Assembly (NCBI RefSeq): GCF_018977255.1
Contig: NW_024704765.1
Location: 7,378,001 to 7,442,000 of the forward strand
Source: Callorhinchus milii
Taxonomy: Eukaryota
Direction: 5' to 3'
Length of the DNA: 64,000 bases
The notes beneath the pieces were generated by a model. That model saw nothing but the letters and a program-made list of their open reading frames with translations. It ran no database searches and was not told where the DNA came from. Numbering within the stretch: the stretch's first letter is position 1; each line of letters starts with the position of its first letter. This document shows positions 35,583-48,007 of the stretch, piece after piece. The position numbers and the translations under genes were made by a program.

Positions 35583-35684
35583 CTGAAGTTTTAGAGCCAC
35601 TGTCAGTACTGCAGAAAACAAGCCGCAAATAGCGAACCCAATCAGCAGAAGAATCTTACGGCCGGCTGCATCCACAATGAAGAT
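35583..35684 (-). CDS. SLC2A5: GLUT5 coding exon
   Basis: IFIVDAAGRKILLLIGFAICGLFSAVLTVALKLQ: MFS GRK loop. Confidence 0.94.
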
Positions 35685-35849
35685 CTGCGTACAACAAAGA
35701 TTGAGGTATATCTTGGTGAAATTCGCGCAAGACTCAACCCGGAATAGCAAGTGAATGCACAAAAAAGCAGAGTCACGTTTCCAGTACGGTATTTGCTGTA
35801 GTGGATTTCTTAATTAAATTAGTTAAGAAATAGGGGGAAAATGAACCCC

Positions 35850-36062
35850 TAAGGCCTCTGGAATGCACTGTCTGAAAAGGCGGTGGAAACGGATTCAATA
35901 ACAACTTTCAAAAGGGAATTGGAGAGTTACTTGACAAGGAAAAATTTGCAAGGATAATGGGGAAAGAGTCGGGGAGAGGGACTGATTGGGTAGTTCTTCC
36001 ATAGAGCCAACACCAGCACGATGGGCCGAATGGCCTCCTTCTGAGCTACAATAATCTATGAT
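35850..36062 (+). mobile_element. CR1-type LINE extreme 3' fragment
   Basis: TGGAATGCACTG...TTCAAAAGGGAATTGGA...GATGGGCCGAATGGCCTCCTTCTG; related fragments at about 8885-9010 (-), 21666-21900 (-), 30095-30430 (-), 39655-39790 (-) and 54735-54850 (-). Confidence 0.75.
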
Positions 36063-36237
36063 TAAACATTTACCATTACTACTATTGTTTTATTCTTATT
36101 AATAATAACGCTAACATAATAATAATAATAATAATAATCCTTGCATTTGTTATAGCGCTTTTCACGTCGGGAGGATGTCCCAAAGCGCTTCACAGAATAT
36201 ACTGTAAAGTGAATTGACTGTATATTTGACAACTTAC

Positions 36238-36348
36238 TGCTGCTATGGTCATGATGACATTGATGGTGCCCGTTCCGACAGTGATAAACTGAATGCTATT
36301 TTCGTAGACTCCAGCTGTTCGAAATATAGAGTCTGCGTAGTAATATAT
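36238..36348 (-). CDS. SLC2A5: GLUT5 coding exon
   Basis: IYYYADSIFRTAGVYENSIQFITVGTGTINVIMTIAA. Confidence 0.94.
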
Positions 36349-37065
36349 CTAGGAACACAATCGCAGTATCAACGGCAGATGAAAAACTAATAGAGAGAAA
36401 GGCCTTTCACTCCCGCAAGATTTTGCAAGGTTATTATTTTCGCTACCTTGATAAATTAGCCGTGCAGAATTTATCGGTGGTAGCGTGGTGGTGCACTTCA
36501 CTGTCAAAGGTACCATCTTTTGAATGGCATTAAATAAGAACCCAACTGCCTGCAAACTGTGAATGGAGCATCACCTAGCGTCTCGGTCAATGGTCAATAG
36601 TCCTCCCGTTTGTGGCTGTTTGTGGAACCTTGCTGTGGCCAAACCAGCTCCCCGTTTATGTCTACAAGAAGATGAATAACCCTTGCATTTGATACAGCAC
36701 CTTATCACGTCATTGAGACGTCTCAAAGCGCTTCACACAAAGTACTGCGAAGTGGATTGACTGTGTGTTTTGTGGGCGAAACGCCTTACGACCAGGTGAA
36801 ATGCCGTGAGATGCTTTGATGTTGTATAAAAATACTTTCTCTCTCTCTCTCTCGCTCTTTCTTTAGACCGTCTTTGAAAATACAGCGAATCGACTAAGAG
36901 TTTTGACTGGACAGATGAGACAATGACTCGAAGGAACAAAGATTGCTCTTGCGAGGAGTGACTCAAAAGGAGCATCAACAGTTACTGGTGTATTCTTTAC
37001 CCACCCATGAGGAATGAGTGCCTCATTCTCTTGCCCTGTATCTTTGCGTCATTTTCGTGACTTAC

Positions 37066-37253
37066 CGCATTGACGCCCGAAAGCTGCTGTCCCATGTTCA
37101 GCATAATGACTGTAATCAGCTGCCAACGCAATGCCTTAAGTGTGAACAGATTCTTCACTGTCAAAAGCCCGTCTGCCTTCTCAGATTGATCTTCCAATTG
37201 CATTTCCTCTATTTCATTCTCCACATTGTCGTAGCCTCTCAGTCTTTGTAAGG
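37066..37253 (-). CDS. SLC2A5: GLUT5 coding exon
   Basis: (A)LQRLRGYDNVENEIEEM...LRWQLITVIMLNMGQQLSGVNA: QQLSG motif. Confidence 0.95.
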
Positions 37254-37807
37254 CTTCACGGCGATAAAATCAAACAACGCTGGTTATAATATTGCTCACT
37301 TTGCCTTTGACCCGACGCACTATAACGTCGCAAAAGCGCTTCGCAGCAAATTGCTTTCAAGTGCGGTGACTGTGCGTTTGCAGGGGAAACACAGCAGACA
37401 TTTTGCGAACAGCGAGAATTCACAAACAATTTGTCTGGGCGATTGTTGGCCAGGATTCCAGGTGGCCAAATAATCTAAATAGTCCCCCCATCCACCTGCT
37501 TGCACCCTAAACCCTCTAATATTCCTCTATTTCAATCATCTATCCAATTCCCTTTTAAAATAAGTGTGAGGTTTCTCCTTAAATCCCAACCGTAGATCCC
37601 AACCACCAGCTCAGGTGTGGATCCCTGCCTGTCCAGCATCTTGGGACGTCCTCCTGACGTGAAAGGCGCTGTGTGTAAATGTAATGTGTTGTTGTGGTTG
37701 TTGTTGCTGTTATTGTTGCTTCCGCAACGGTTGGTGGCAGAGAATTCAGCAGGTTCCTTGCAATCACCTGCAGCGATCCTTTCATTTAAACCCTCCGTGT
37801 GGTTTAC

Positions 37808-37933
37808 CTGCCCTGGCTTTATCTACGCTGCCTTTCTGAATCAACAGGAATCTTGGACTCTCAGGCAAAAGAGGCAATAGGATGACCTGCAGGATGGCAG
37901 GAATCCCTGTCATTGCCAGCATCAGCGGCCAAC
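37808..37933 (-). CDS. SLC2A5: GLUT5 coding exon
   Basis: (G)[41 protein letters not shown](A): PESPR motif. Confidence 0.95.
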
Positions 37934-38327
37934 CTGCCAACAAAACAGAAGCATTAAGAATCCTTTGTGGGAAACTGAGTCATTCTCAAACATCTGAATT
38001 GGGAGGGGAGGAAGGTGGCGGGAGAGTTAATATTCTGGTATTAGGATTTACGGTCAAATATTAGTATTTACGGTCATAGAAAATACACCTCACCCCAAGC
38101 AGCCGTTCTGTTTTTGCACGGGGTTGTGTGGGTGACTGTCAAGCAACTTGTTTGACAGTGAAGCAATGCGGTGGGTGGGGGGGGCGAAGAAAGTGAATTA
38201 TAATTAATCTGATCCCAATCATTCCCTATGATATAGAGGCTTTAACATTAAAACAGAGTCAGTGAGATCAATCGTATATTCCTGTCACTGCCCTGGATGG
38301 GGTTAAATGACAACAGCTTGCATTTAT

Positions 38328-38612
38328 ATAATAATAATAATCCTTGCATTTGATATAGTGCCTTATCACGTCGTTGAGACGTCTCAAAGCGCTTCACAGA
38401 AAATATTGTAAAGCGAACTCACTGTATATTTTGTGGCCAATTGCACACAGCAGTGTCCCACAAACAGTTGCGGATTGAGTGACCAACATTTTTCTTTGAG
38501 GGATTATTATTCCCGGAAAAGCTATCCGCCAATTGACTCCTGTTCCTACTTACTGCTAGGTAAACAGAGGCGTGTGGAGTCAGGAGATTTCCTTAAGATT
38601 TTGCCCCACCCG
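38328..38612 (-). mobile_element. 5'-truncated Deu-domain SINE (long subfamily)
   Basis: Tail, core and internal segment present; tRNA head mostly missing. Confidence 0.8.
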
Positions 38613-38740
38613 GGAAAGGAAAAATAGGCTTGGAATGCTGCACAGTTGGATCCGAGCAAGGGAGAGGAAGGAGTTGATCATACTGCCACCAATTGAACTA
38701 GGCTGACACACAGTCTAAATATACTGAGAATATTCCATAC

Positions 38741-38893
38741 CATCATCGTTGGCGAGCAAGAATCTTAATCCGAGGATCTGAGCAAACAGAATTCCAATTG
38801 TAATGAACAACTGAGGAACCACACCAATTCCTCCTCGAAGCCTCTTTGGTGCAATTTCCCCCACGTACATTGGGACAACATTGGCAGCGACGC
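38741..38893 (-). CDS. SLC2A5: GLUT5 coding exon
   Basis: (G)VAANVVPMYVGEIAPKRLRGGIGVVPQLFITIGILFAQILGLRFLLANDD(G). Confidence 0.95.
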
Positions 38894-39173
38894 CTAGACG
38901 CATAAAAGACAGAAATTATAATAAATAACAATAATCCTTGCATTTGATACAGCGCCTCATCACGTCTTTGAGAGGTCTCAAAGTGCTTCACAAAATAGAT
39001 TGTAAAATGAATTGACTGTATATTTGTGGGTGAAACATGGCTGTAAATTGCGCACAGCAGTGTCATGGATTGAAGAGACCAATTTATAAAGGGAGATTGG
39101 TCAGGCATAGCACAGTAGTGGAGTGTGGGAATGACAGGGTAACGTTTAGTTCAGACTGCCTGGGTTTACGTAC

Positions 39174-39298
39174 CTGCACATAACCCAACAATAAATCGAC
39201 TGATCATAATGATTTCAAAAGATTTTGATTGTTTGCTGGTTCCCATCAGTATAGCTGGCACGATGGAGAATATATTGTTCACCAGCAGAATGCCCTTC
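39174..39298 (-). CDS. SLC2A5: GLUT5 coding exon
   Basis: (R)[41 protein letters not shown](G). Confidence 0.95.
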
Positions 39299-39828
39299 CT
39301 GCAACAAGGGATCGTTGATTGTCTTACGTTTAGGCCAGAAAATGCATTGGTTACACAGCTTTCATGTAATTAAGTGAATTTACCGTTACATCTGATAACG
39401 TGCAAATTGAATGGACCTGATGTGAGTGTTAAAGATCTTCACTTTGGATCAATGATCCCACCGCCATGATGCACTGCTTGTTTCCATGAAGATTCCATTG
39501 CAAACCTTCTTTCATTTCACCCCCCACTCTCCTCCTCCCTAATACAAATGCCCTCCAGAGGCCTTTTCTCTCAAAGTTCATGTGCTAATGTTGGGGGTCA
39601 GACTCCACCACTGCTAAGCACTCCAAACAAGGTCAGTACATTTACTGACTTCATAGAATCATAGAATTATACAGCACAGAAGGAGATCACTCGGCTCATC
39701 GTGTCTGTGCTGGCTCTTTGAAAGAGCTATCCAAATTAATCCCACTCCTCCGCTCTCTCCCCTTAGCCCTGCAAATGTATCCTCCCCAAAGATTCACCCC
39801 TTACATCTATTAAGTTCAATCGACTCAC

Positions 39829-39992
39829 CTGCCCAATTTATCTACCAAGAGAGGAACAATCAGAAGTGATCCAAACAGGCCACCCAATGGAAACAGGGAC
39901 ACAGTCAGGGACCATGACACAGTGAGTAAATTTTCATTCATGGGCTGATTATTACGATCTATGTAGGTCTGGTTGTAAAAACTCTGCATGAA
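39829..39992 (-). CDS. SLC2A5: GLUT5 coding exon
   Basis: FMQSFYNQTYIDRNNQPMNENLLTVSWSLTVSLFPLGGLFGSLLIVPLLVDKLG(R); N-glycosylation sequon NQT in loop 1. Confidence 0.95.
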
Positions 39993-40264
39993 CTGTGAGA
40001 TACAAAACAAACATTCATCACATAGTTAAAAGAACATTCTACTTTATAATGACATCTTTATTCTGCGACTCTTTACATTCTATACATTACATTTCCACTT
40101 GAATATTCACTGAGAAACCAATCTTTTTTAATCTGAAGACAATTTCTTTATTAAAAGATTCTGGAAATATAGTAAGTTCCTGATCACTTGTCGCTCCGAG
40201 GGAAATTGGCTCACTGATGAGTTATAAGGGGTGGCAGGTTAGGCACATGTATAAATACGTGTGT

Positions 40265-40640
40265 GGAGTCCTGTAGCTCAGTGGTTAGAGCGCTCCCCTC
40301 ACGAGCGGGAGACTGGGTTTTGATTCCTGGGCAGGGCGAAAGTTCGGGCAAGTTTCCTTACTCCACATGCCTCTGCTTACCTAGCAGTAAGTAGGAACCC
40401 GGATGTAAGTCGATTGGTAGATCGCTTTTCCGGTGGTAATAATCCCTTCAAAAAAAAAATTGGTCACTTTAATCCACGACTTTTTGTGGGACGCTGCTGT
40501 GCGCAATTGGCTGCCGCATTTCGCCCACAAAATATACAGTCAATTCACTTTACAGTATATTCTGTGAAGCGCTTTGAGACGTCTCAAAGACTTGATAAAG
40601 TGCTGTATCAAATGCAAATGCAAGAATGATGATGATGATG
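40265..40640 (+). mobile_element. Full-length tRNA-derived Deu-domain SINE (long subfamily)
   Basis: Same head and core plus an internal segment CTAGCAGTAAGTAGGAACCCGG...GATCGCTTTTCC. Confidence 0.86.
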
Positions 40641-40818
40641 ACTTAAGTAGTCGTGACAAGTTAAGCCAGGGTCGAGTTATCAGTTTACTGTATTATTATT
40701 ATTCACTAATGAATAACTTTTTTTAAGAGAGGCAGAAGGAATGTATTTGTCTCTCCTGTTGCATCTGCACAGCCAGGAAACTACAGTGTAATGAACGTTA
40801 AGTATTTTAGCAACTTAC

Positions 40819-40917
40819 CTTAGACGGAGGGTTGACAACAGCGACGTTGTACCCATACTGGAAAGAAGAGCCAAATGCAGATATAAGAGTCGCTGAAACA
40901 AGTACAACGGTCAAACC
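40819..40917 (-). CDS. SLC2A5: GLUT5 coding exon (TM1)
   Basis: GLTVVLVSATLISAFGSSFQYGYNVAVVNPPSK: class II GLUT GSSFQYGYN motif. Confidence 0.95.
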
Positions 40918-41216
40918 CTGCGGAGAACAATAAAAACAGGTTTCCATTTGCGAGTTAAAACTAGTCCACAGAGACCAATGTGGGCTTTTGGGACAAGGTG
41001 ACATTGTAAAGTCATGGGGTGAAATAGCAACCCACGATGTTAAAATTCAGGCATCACTAGCAACACAGTGTAAAACATCCAGTCAATTCACTTTACAGAG
41101 TATTCTGTGAAGCACTTTGAAGGCTTGATAAGGTGCTGTATCAAATGCAAGGATTATTATTATTATTATTTCTGATGCATCAACATTGGTGATCAGCATG
41201 GAATAGCTAAACTCAC

Positions 41217-41246
41217 CTTCTTAACTTCAGCGAAATGTTCGAGCAC
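41217..41246 (-). CDS. SLC2A5: Candidate 30-nt N-terminal GLUT5 exon (VLEHFAEVKK)
   Basis: CAG acceptor with a weak pyrimidine tract, strong AAG|GTGAGT donor, phase 0/0, no stop. Confidence 0.45.
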
Positions 41247-41985
41247 CTGTGTGATTGCCATGATTTCTTGCTGGTGTTGTGGGAAATCCAAAAAGGACTG
41301 AGATTCGGGACTTTGTACTTTGGACCCATTACCAAAAAGGCAGGACTATTACTCTTAGACCCTTTTGATAAGCGATTCCAATCCTTGTACTCATCCGATA
41401 ACATTGCGTTTAAGAACAAATACTGTACCTCGGGTAAAATTTGCAGTATTTCTTAACAATATTCCTTAATATGCAATCTGAATTATACGAATAGAGGACT
41501 CCTTTGCTTAACTGGACACAATTATTTCTTCGTTAAGGAATCCCATTAAGGAATACTGCAAATTTGATCACATTAGAGGGGATGGCTTGTGTGCGCAATG
41601 AAATGTTGTGTAAGGCAGAGAAGGGCCTTTTTCAAAGTTGAGCTCAAATTTATGACAGATTAACAATTATAGTAGATTATGATTTTTGTTTTACGGACTT
41701 TATCTTTTCCTGTGTCCTGCCAGTGAACACAATCTGCCAGCAGAAATTGTTCTTAATAGCTAGGAAGGCATTTAGAAATAAATTTGCATGTTTCAGGACT
41801 GGAAAGGACAAGATGTCTTGTTCAGCCTCTAAAAGTGGTGCCAAATTGCCTGAGGATCCATTTGTAATTTGTAAAACTTGGCCTAATCTACAATCGCTTT
41901 CAAGTGTTTTTTTTCTTTTGAGTTCTGATACAGGGTCATATACAAAACACATATTTTAATATAAAAATGAGAATTTGAACGCATC

Positions 41986-42328
41986 GGAGTCCTGTAGCTC
42001 AGTGGTTAGAGCACTCGCCTCGCAAGTGAGAGATCTGGGTTCTATTCCCGGCAATGCAAAATGTTGTGAAAGTTTCCTTACTCCACACGCCCCTGTTTAC
42101 TGAGTATTAGATAACCTGCTTGTTAGTCGTTCGGTCGATCGCTTTTCCGGGGATGATAATAATACCAAACAAAAAAAATAATAATAATTGGGTGGGGACG
42201 CTGCTGCGCGCAATTGACTGCCACGTTTCACAGTCAATTCACTTTACAGTATATTCTGTGAAGCGTTTTGAGACGTCTAGAAGACGTGAAAGGCGCTCTA
42301 TCTAATGCAAGGATTATTATTATTATTA
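41986..42328 (+). mobile_element. tRNA-derived Deu-domain SINE (long subfamily)
   Basis: tRNA head, partial core, (ATT)n tail. Confidence 0.85.
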
Positions 42329-42967
42329 CTTGATAAGTTTCCTTTGTTTGCCGCTCAAAAATGTGTTGCAGACACAGACCCAACTTTGTCCTGTGATGCG
42401 GAGCATGTATTATTTGCAGCAGATGCGGTAATTTCATTCATAAAGTGAAATATGCTATCAGTGCAGTGATTGCAGACACTGCAGTTTCAGCCCCAACTTG
42501 GATGTGATGCCTCATTGCGTGCTTATACGTTTCTCAACAATTTTGAAGCGTTTTTGGAGGCTACCGTTGCAGGCATTTTTAAAGAAATCAATACAACTGC
42601 AGTATAGCCAATGTAGCTGAAAGGCATTCATTTTACGTCTATTTTTTCCCCTTCACTTTCACTCTTTGCTTCCCCCTCCCTTTCAATTTTCGAAACTGCC
42701 TTTTTCTTCCCTGAAATATCAAGTGTTATCTATGTCATTTCTTGGCCAATGTTCCTCCCTAAATCACTGGCAAAAAACATCAATTTAACCTGACTGTGTA
42801 TCTTGTTGTTTGACACGATGGGCCGAATGGCTGTCTTGTGTGCTGTAAATAAAATTGTCTTTGGCTGCCGCGTTTGCCTGCATAACAATATTTAACAGCA
42901 AACTTTTGCATTTATTTCCAGATCACTATTCCTATTTTAATTGAGTCATTAATTTGGTCCAACTTAC

Positions 42968-42979
42968 CTCGTGATCCAT
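42968..42979 (-). CDS. SLC2A5: Candidate GLUT5 start exon (MDHE)
   Basis: ATG GAT CAC GAG|GTAAGT consensus donor, phase 0; with the 30-nt exon it gives a 502-aa protein, similar in size to mammalian GLUT5. Confidence 0.5.
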
Positions 42980-43949
42980 ATGAAAATTCCTTCCTGCTGC
43001 TGTTATTTCAAAGAAAAGTAACCTTTTCTGGTTATATTTCCTCGTCATCCAGTTTCTCCCCCCAAACAAAAATCGAACTAATTTCCTATTCACGTCATTG
43101 TTATTTGTCGGATAGTGTTGGCACAAATTAATCAGAGTTATTTCTAATTAATCTCATCCTGTTAAGTGCCTTGAGATGTTTCTTTAATGTGAAAGGAGCT
43201 ATTGAAATATAAATTGCTGCCCATCCACGTGACTTAGTTATTGCTGAGAATAAATTGCTCCTGATTAACATACTATTGCAATTTAGATACCTCCTATCAC
43301 CTTTAATGAGTTACCAAGGAACAAGAGAAAACAATAATGGAATCTGGAATGAGGTTTGCACAAGGTCTTCAGAGATCAAACAGAAACGGATTATTCCCAC
43401 TGGTCGGTGAAACAGTGGGACTGAGTTCGCACTCCCTTCAGAGAGGGGGCTGTAAACTCAAGGGTTGTCATTCGGCGAGTTAAGAGGGAAAGATTAAGAG
43501 GAGAGTTCCTCCCTCGCCAGCGGGTTGGTGAGTTAGTTAGCAGGTCGGCACGATGGTGGAGTCCAAGTGAATGGACAATTTCGATTCGTTTTTTTTTTGA
43601 AGACCTCAATTTGTCATTTCAAATGCAGATCAGGAGACCGAACAAATGAAATAAGTTCCCCCCCCCCGAAATATTCTTTTCACTGAAGACGTGCTTCAAC
43701 AGCGGCACACGGCGGGGGAGATAGGAGGTTGGCGAATATTCAAGGTTGTGCTGGGGTGGGGGTGGGAGGGGGGTGGGGGCTTGACAGCGAACGGCACTAA
43801 ACCACCAACAACAACAACAACTTGGATTTATGTAGCGCCCTCCACGCCGGACGGCGTCTCAGGCCAGCGTCCGAAATTAAGGAATGAAATCTTGTGGCGG
43901 TCCGTAACGACGTCCCTTTTGGATTGATTTGACACACAAGGAGCCCCTT

Positions 43950-44830
43950 AGAAAACGCCGGGACTTTTAACAGCCCCCACGTCATCAGTCGAAGAGCCGC
44001 CACCACCACCACCACCACCACAACAACAATAATTCATGGCGGGGCTGGGCCGCTGAAGCGTAGTGACTGTGCGCGCGCGCGTTGTGTGGGAGCGCGAGAG
44101 GCGGCGGCGTCACCCCCCGCCCCCCCCCCCCCCCCCGTCCTCGCCACAAACAAAGCAGCCGCCGACGGACGTCACCAAATTACTGCCATTAAAATATGTC
44201 TATTTGTGTTTTGATGGGATTTAAAGGGCAGACCACGTGGTGGGTGGACCACGTGGTGGGTGGACCACGTGCACGTGCTGGGGAACCACATGGAGGGGGT
44301 TGAAGGGGAGGGGGAGGGAATGCGCATGCGCGGCGCGAGCAGGGGGCGGGGTTCGACCGACGTCACCGGAAGTCGCCGCGCGCGGGCGCTCGCTCGCTCG
44401 CCCCCTCACCGGTTGGTTCATCGGGTTCCTCGTTATCCACATGGCGGCGGCGGAAGAGCGGGACCATCACGTGCAGGAGGAGGAGGCCGGGGGTTGGTTT
44501 GGAGACCAGCGGCGGAGCCGACATCACCTGAGCCTCACGTTTCGTGGCCCACACAAGAGGGATGGCGGCGGCGGCCATCGTCGTCATCACAGCAGGGTGG
44601 GTGAGCACGTGCGGGGAGCGTCACAGGGGCGTCACGTGACCGGAAATGGCGCCGTTGCCGTCCGCGTGGCGGCGGTGGAGGAAGTGCAGGAAAAGCGCGG
44701 GAAAAGTAACCCCAACAAAATGGCGGCGGCTGCTTTTTTTGGGGGGGGGGGTAACCCACTGCGGTTCAACTGGGTTCAGTCCACAGTGATTCGAAGACCG
44801 ACGTCCGTCCCTCTGAAGGTAATGGAGGGA
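43950..44830. promoter_or_regulatory. CpG island with dense housekeeping-type promoter motifs
   Basis: CACGTG at 44234, 44250, 44266 and 44272; NRF1 TGCGCATGCGC at 44321; GC box at 44343; GACGTCAC at 44359 overlapping CCGGAAGT at 44366; GTCACGTGAC at 44631 abutting CCGGAAATGGCG; YY1-type ATGGCGG at 44441, 44562 and 44720. Confidence 0.85.
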
Positions 44831-46610
44831 GGGAAAAGGGGGGGGGACAGGAGAGGGAGGGAAAGGAAGGAAGGAAGGAAGGAGGGAAAGGAGAGAGGGA
44901 AAGAAAGGAGGGAGGGAGCGAAGGAGATGTTTTCAAGATCTTCGCGCTCGTCTTCAAATCTGGTCAGGCCCTGACTGACACCGACCCCCCCCCTCCCCCT
45001 CCCCGACCTGCTAACTCACCAACCCACAACCCGTCCGTCGCTTCCGCTCGACTGTCTCTCTACTCGTCCCTCGTGCCCTCCGTTCCACCGTCGGCGGTCG
45101 CGCTTTCAGCCACTGCGCCTCGAAGCTCTGCAACACTCTTATCATCTCTCACCTTTGCCCACGACCCCGCCCCCCCCCCCCCCACCACCTGCTCTCCTTC
45201 CCCATCATCAGGCCACACCTGAAGACCTTCCTCTTCGACCGTGCCCTACGGTCAGGTCACCTCCCCCCGTCCCTCCGGCTCGGCCTCAAATAAAATTAAT
45301 AAAGCAAAATATACTTTATTACAGTTTCAGGACGCTGCAATGTTTCCACGTTATAAATAAAATGCTACTAAGAGCCACCTGCTCTCACCTGAAGAGTAAA
45401 AGGCAGAACATATTCACAATTTGTACCTCACAGCGATTTTGTAAACAAAAAGGTAAAAGGATTTTTTTTTAAAAAAAAATTCATGAACCTTTTAACTACA
45501 TTCATTTCAGGGGGTAAAGGTAACACTCCATTGCAGTGCTGGGGTGGTATTGCACGGTCAGGAATGCCGCCTTTCGGATGAGACGTTAAATTGAGGTCCC
45601 GCCTGCCTGTTCAGGTGGAAGTTAAAGATCCCGTGACACTATTCGAAAAGAGAAGAGTTTCTCCCGGTGTCCTGGCCAATAATCCCCTAAATAAAATTGT
45701 TCATTCGGCTCATGGTAGTTTGTGGGACATTGCTGTGTGCAATTGTGGTGCTGCATTTGCCTACAAAATACACAGTCACTCCATAACTCCACATTACAGT
45801 AATTCCTGTGAAGCGCTTTGAGACATCTTTCCGTCGTGATAAGGCACTATACTAAATCCAAGGATTATTATTATTAAAATTCTGTGTCTTTTGGAAGAGG
45901 TTTCTAAACAGAATGGAATACAAGGTGAAAATTCCAACCTGTTGATGTTAAAAGAAAAATGCAGACTTTCAAATACATTTGTCTGATTGGGCCACTTATC
46001 ATGGTTAGGTCTGACATCCCCGTTAGTTAGCCTTCTGGCCCTCAGGCTGGTTAGCAGAAAAGCTGATTAGCTAAAGAAACAAATAAGAGTACCATGTATC
46101 CTACTAACTCGCACAGCTGAGTTGGCAAAACTAATGGGTAACATAGCAGGTGTGGGACCAGTCACTGTAACAATATATAGTGTGTTGAGGGAGGGCTCAT
46201 ACGCGTGGACCAGTCAAGAAATAAAGACCTGGATTGACCATGATCCAAATTTCACACTGCGTTGTGATTTGCACCCCATCAGGAAAGAAACAGCTGCACC
46301 ATTTATAGAAGGCACTACGTGTAGCAATACATTACAGAACACACATCTTAGAAACATCCGCCTCCCTCCGTCCCCGACTTTGGCTGTAAAAGGATGTTCA
46401 TTTAAATTGCTCTCCAGGTGGTACAGCAGAAAGCGGGATGGGATCAAAATCGCTGAAACTCCCTTATCTTCACTTTATACCAGAACCAACCACTCAATAA
46501 AACAAGTTTCGATTACCAAACAAAAAACAAAGTTCAAGAACTGCTGCTTCAGGCACGTTCATATCACTTGACACTGGTTTGAAGCTGTCTCTCTGTGGTT
46601 CAAGGACTAG

Positions 46611-46808
46611 TTATTCTTCAGTTACAAAGGGTGAAGGCAGTGAGGTGCTCGCCTGACGGCTGGTGATCTTAGACTCGCTTTCCATGCTCTTGTCATCCTC
46701 GTTCCTGCAGAAGCTGCACAGAGAGGAGATCAGGCGCAGGCGAATGGGCTTGGTGCAAAGTATGAACATGATACAGTTTGCAGCTCCTTGGAAGGTGTTT
46801 CCGACTCC
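46611..46808 (-). CDS. GPR157: GPR157 last coding exon (with stop)
   Basis: GVGNTFQGAANCIMFILCTKPIRLRL...TEE*: TM7 of the cAMP-receptor-like GPCR; CAG acceptor. Confidence 0.93.
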   Translation of the reverse strand, partial: GVGNTFQGAANCIMFILCTKPIRLRLISSLCSFCRNEDDKSMESESKITSRQASTSLPSPFVTEE

Positions 46809-47621
46809 CTGTGAAGTTACAGCAAAAAAATTAAACATCAATAAGCTAACTGCAGAAAGGATGTTAGCCTGAAGTAATAAAGCGTTTATCTGCCCCAGAT
46901 CTTTGCACTGCACTAATCCCTTGTGCCATTTCAGCAGCAACTTGCATTTATTTAACACCCTTCGCATGAAAGAAATGTATTGGGGCATGTTACAGAATGA
47001 GAGAAAATTAGAGATGAACATATTATGAAGGCCAACATGGCAGCTAACTTGCAAACAGCAATGATTGGTCAAAATTATTAGAATTTGGAAATCAATTTGA
47101 ATGAGGAGGGAATAATAAGCGTAAAGTATTACAAACTGAGCCAAGCTGACAACATCGAACATCATAATGCCTAAGAACTGATGAACCTGTGGGTTACCCT
47201 GAAACGGTGGCAGAAATGCAGGCAATAGACATTCAAGAACTTGAGGGAGAGTAGAAAAAGTTATAAACACAAAATAGACACTGTACAATAATATTTATTT
47301 CCCTGCCAAAACATGGCTATTAGAGCTCGTGTTTTCCTGTAAATAGCCAAAGCTAACACAAAATAACAAACTAACATTTATTGTTTGTAAACACAAGAAA
47401 GCCTTGTGCTTATCTATTAAGCACACTTTGTTTCCATTCCTTTCTGTGAGCAGTAACTCTCTAAAGTATCTAAAATTAGACACGACTGATACTTCACCAT
47501 AACTGAAGGTGCATTCAAACAAACAACATGTGGTGAAATATAACCTTGGGCAAATGGATTGAGTGAGTGTCTTGCACTGGCTGCTAGATACTACTCATTC
47601 ACGAGTGGGTGAGTTCCCATC

Positions 47622-47955
47622 AATAATGATAATGATCCTTGCATTTGATACAGCGCCTTATCGGGTCTTTCAGACGTCTCAAAGGGCTTCACAGAATATA
47701 CTGTAAAGTGAATTGGCTATATTTTGTGGGTGAAACGCAGCAGACAATTGCGCACAGCAGTGTCCTACACAGTCGTGGATTGAGTGACCAATTATATATA
47801 TTTTTAAAAGAAATTATTATAAGTGATTCGCCAATCGATTAACAACCTGGTTCCCACTGTGGAGTAAGGAAACTTGCACAACGTTTCGCCCTGCCTGGGA
47901 ATCGAACCCAGGTCTCTCGCTTGCAAGGTGTGTGCTCTAACTACTGAGCTACAGA
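47622..47955 (-). mobile_element. tRNA-derived Deu-domain SINE in a GPR157 intron
   Basis: Head, core and tail on the minus strand. Confidence 0.83.
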
Positions 47956-48007
47956 TCTGTTTTCTTGCGTCTTTTCCCATTCCAATTGGTAAAATCAGTG
48001 TACTCAC

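Noticed and set aside
44234-44277. Possible ChREBP carbohydrate response element for GLUT5
   Set aside because: The E-boxes are spaced 10 and 0 nt apart, not the 5 nt required for a ChoRE
44780-44818. Possible box C/D snoRNA (GTGAT...CTGA)
   Set aside because: Box C is poor, the span is too short and there is no terminal stem
46122-46571. 149-aa plus-strand ORF
   Set aside because: Non-ATG start, antisense to the presumed GPR157 3' UTR, no recognisable motifs or convincing splice sites
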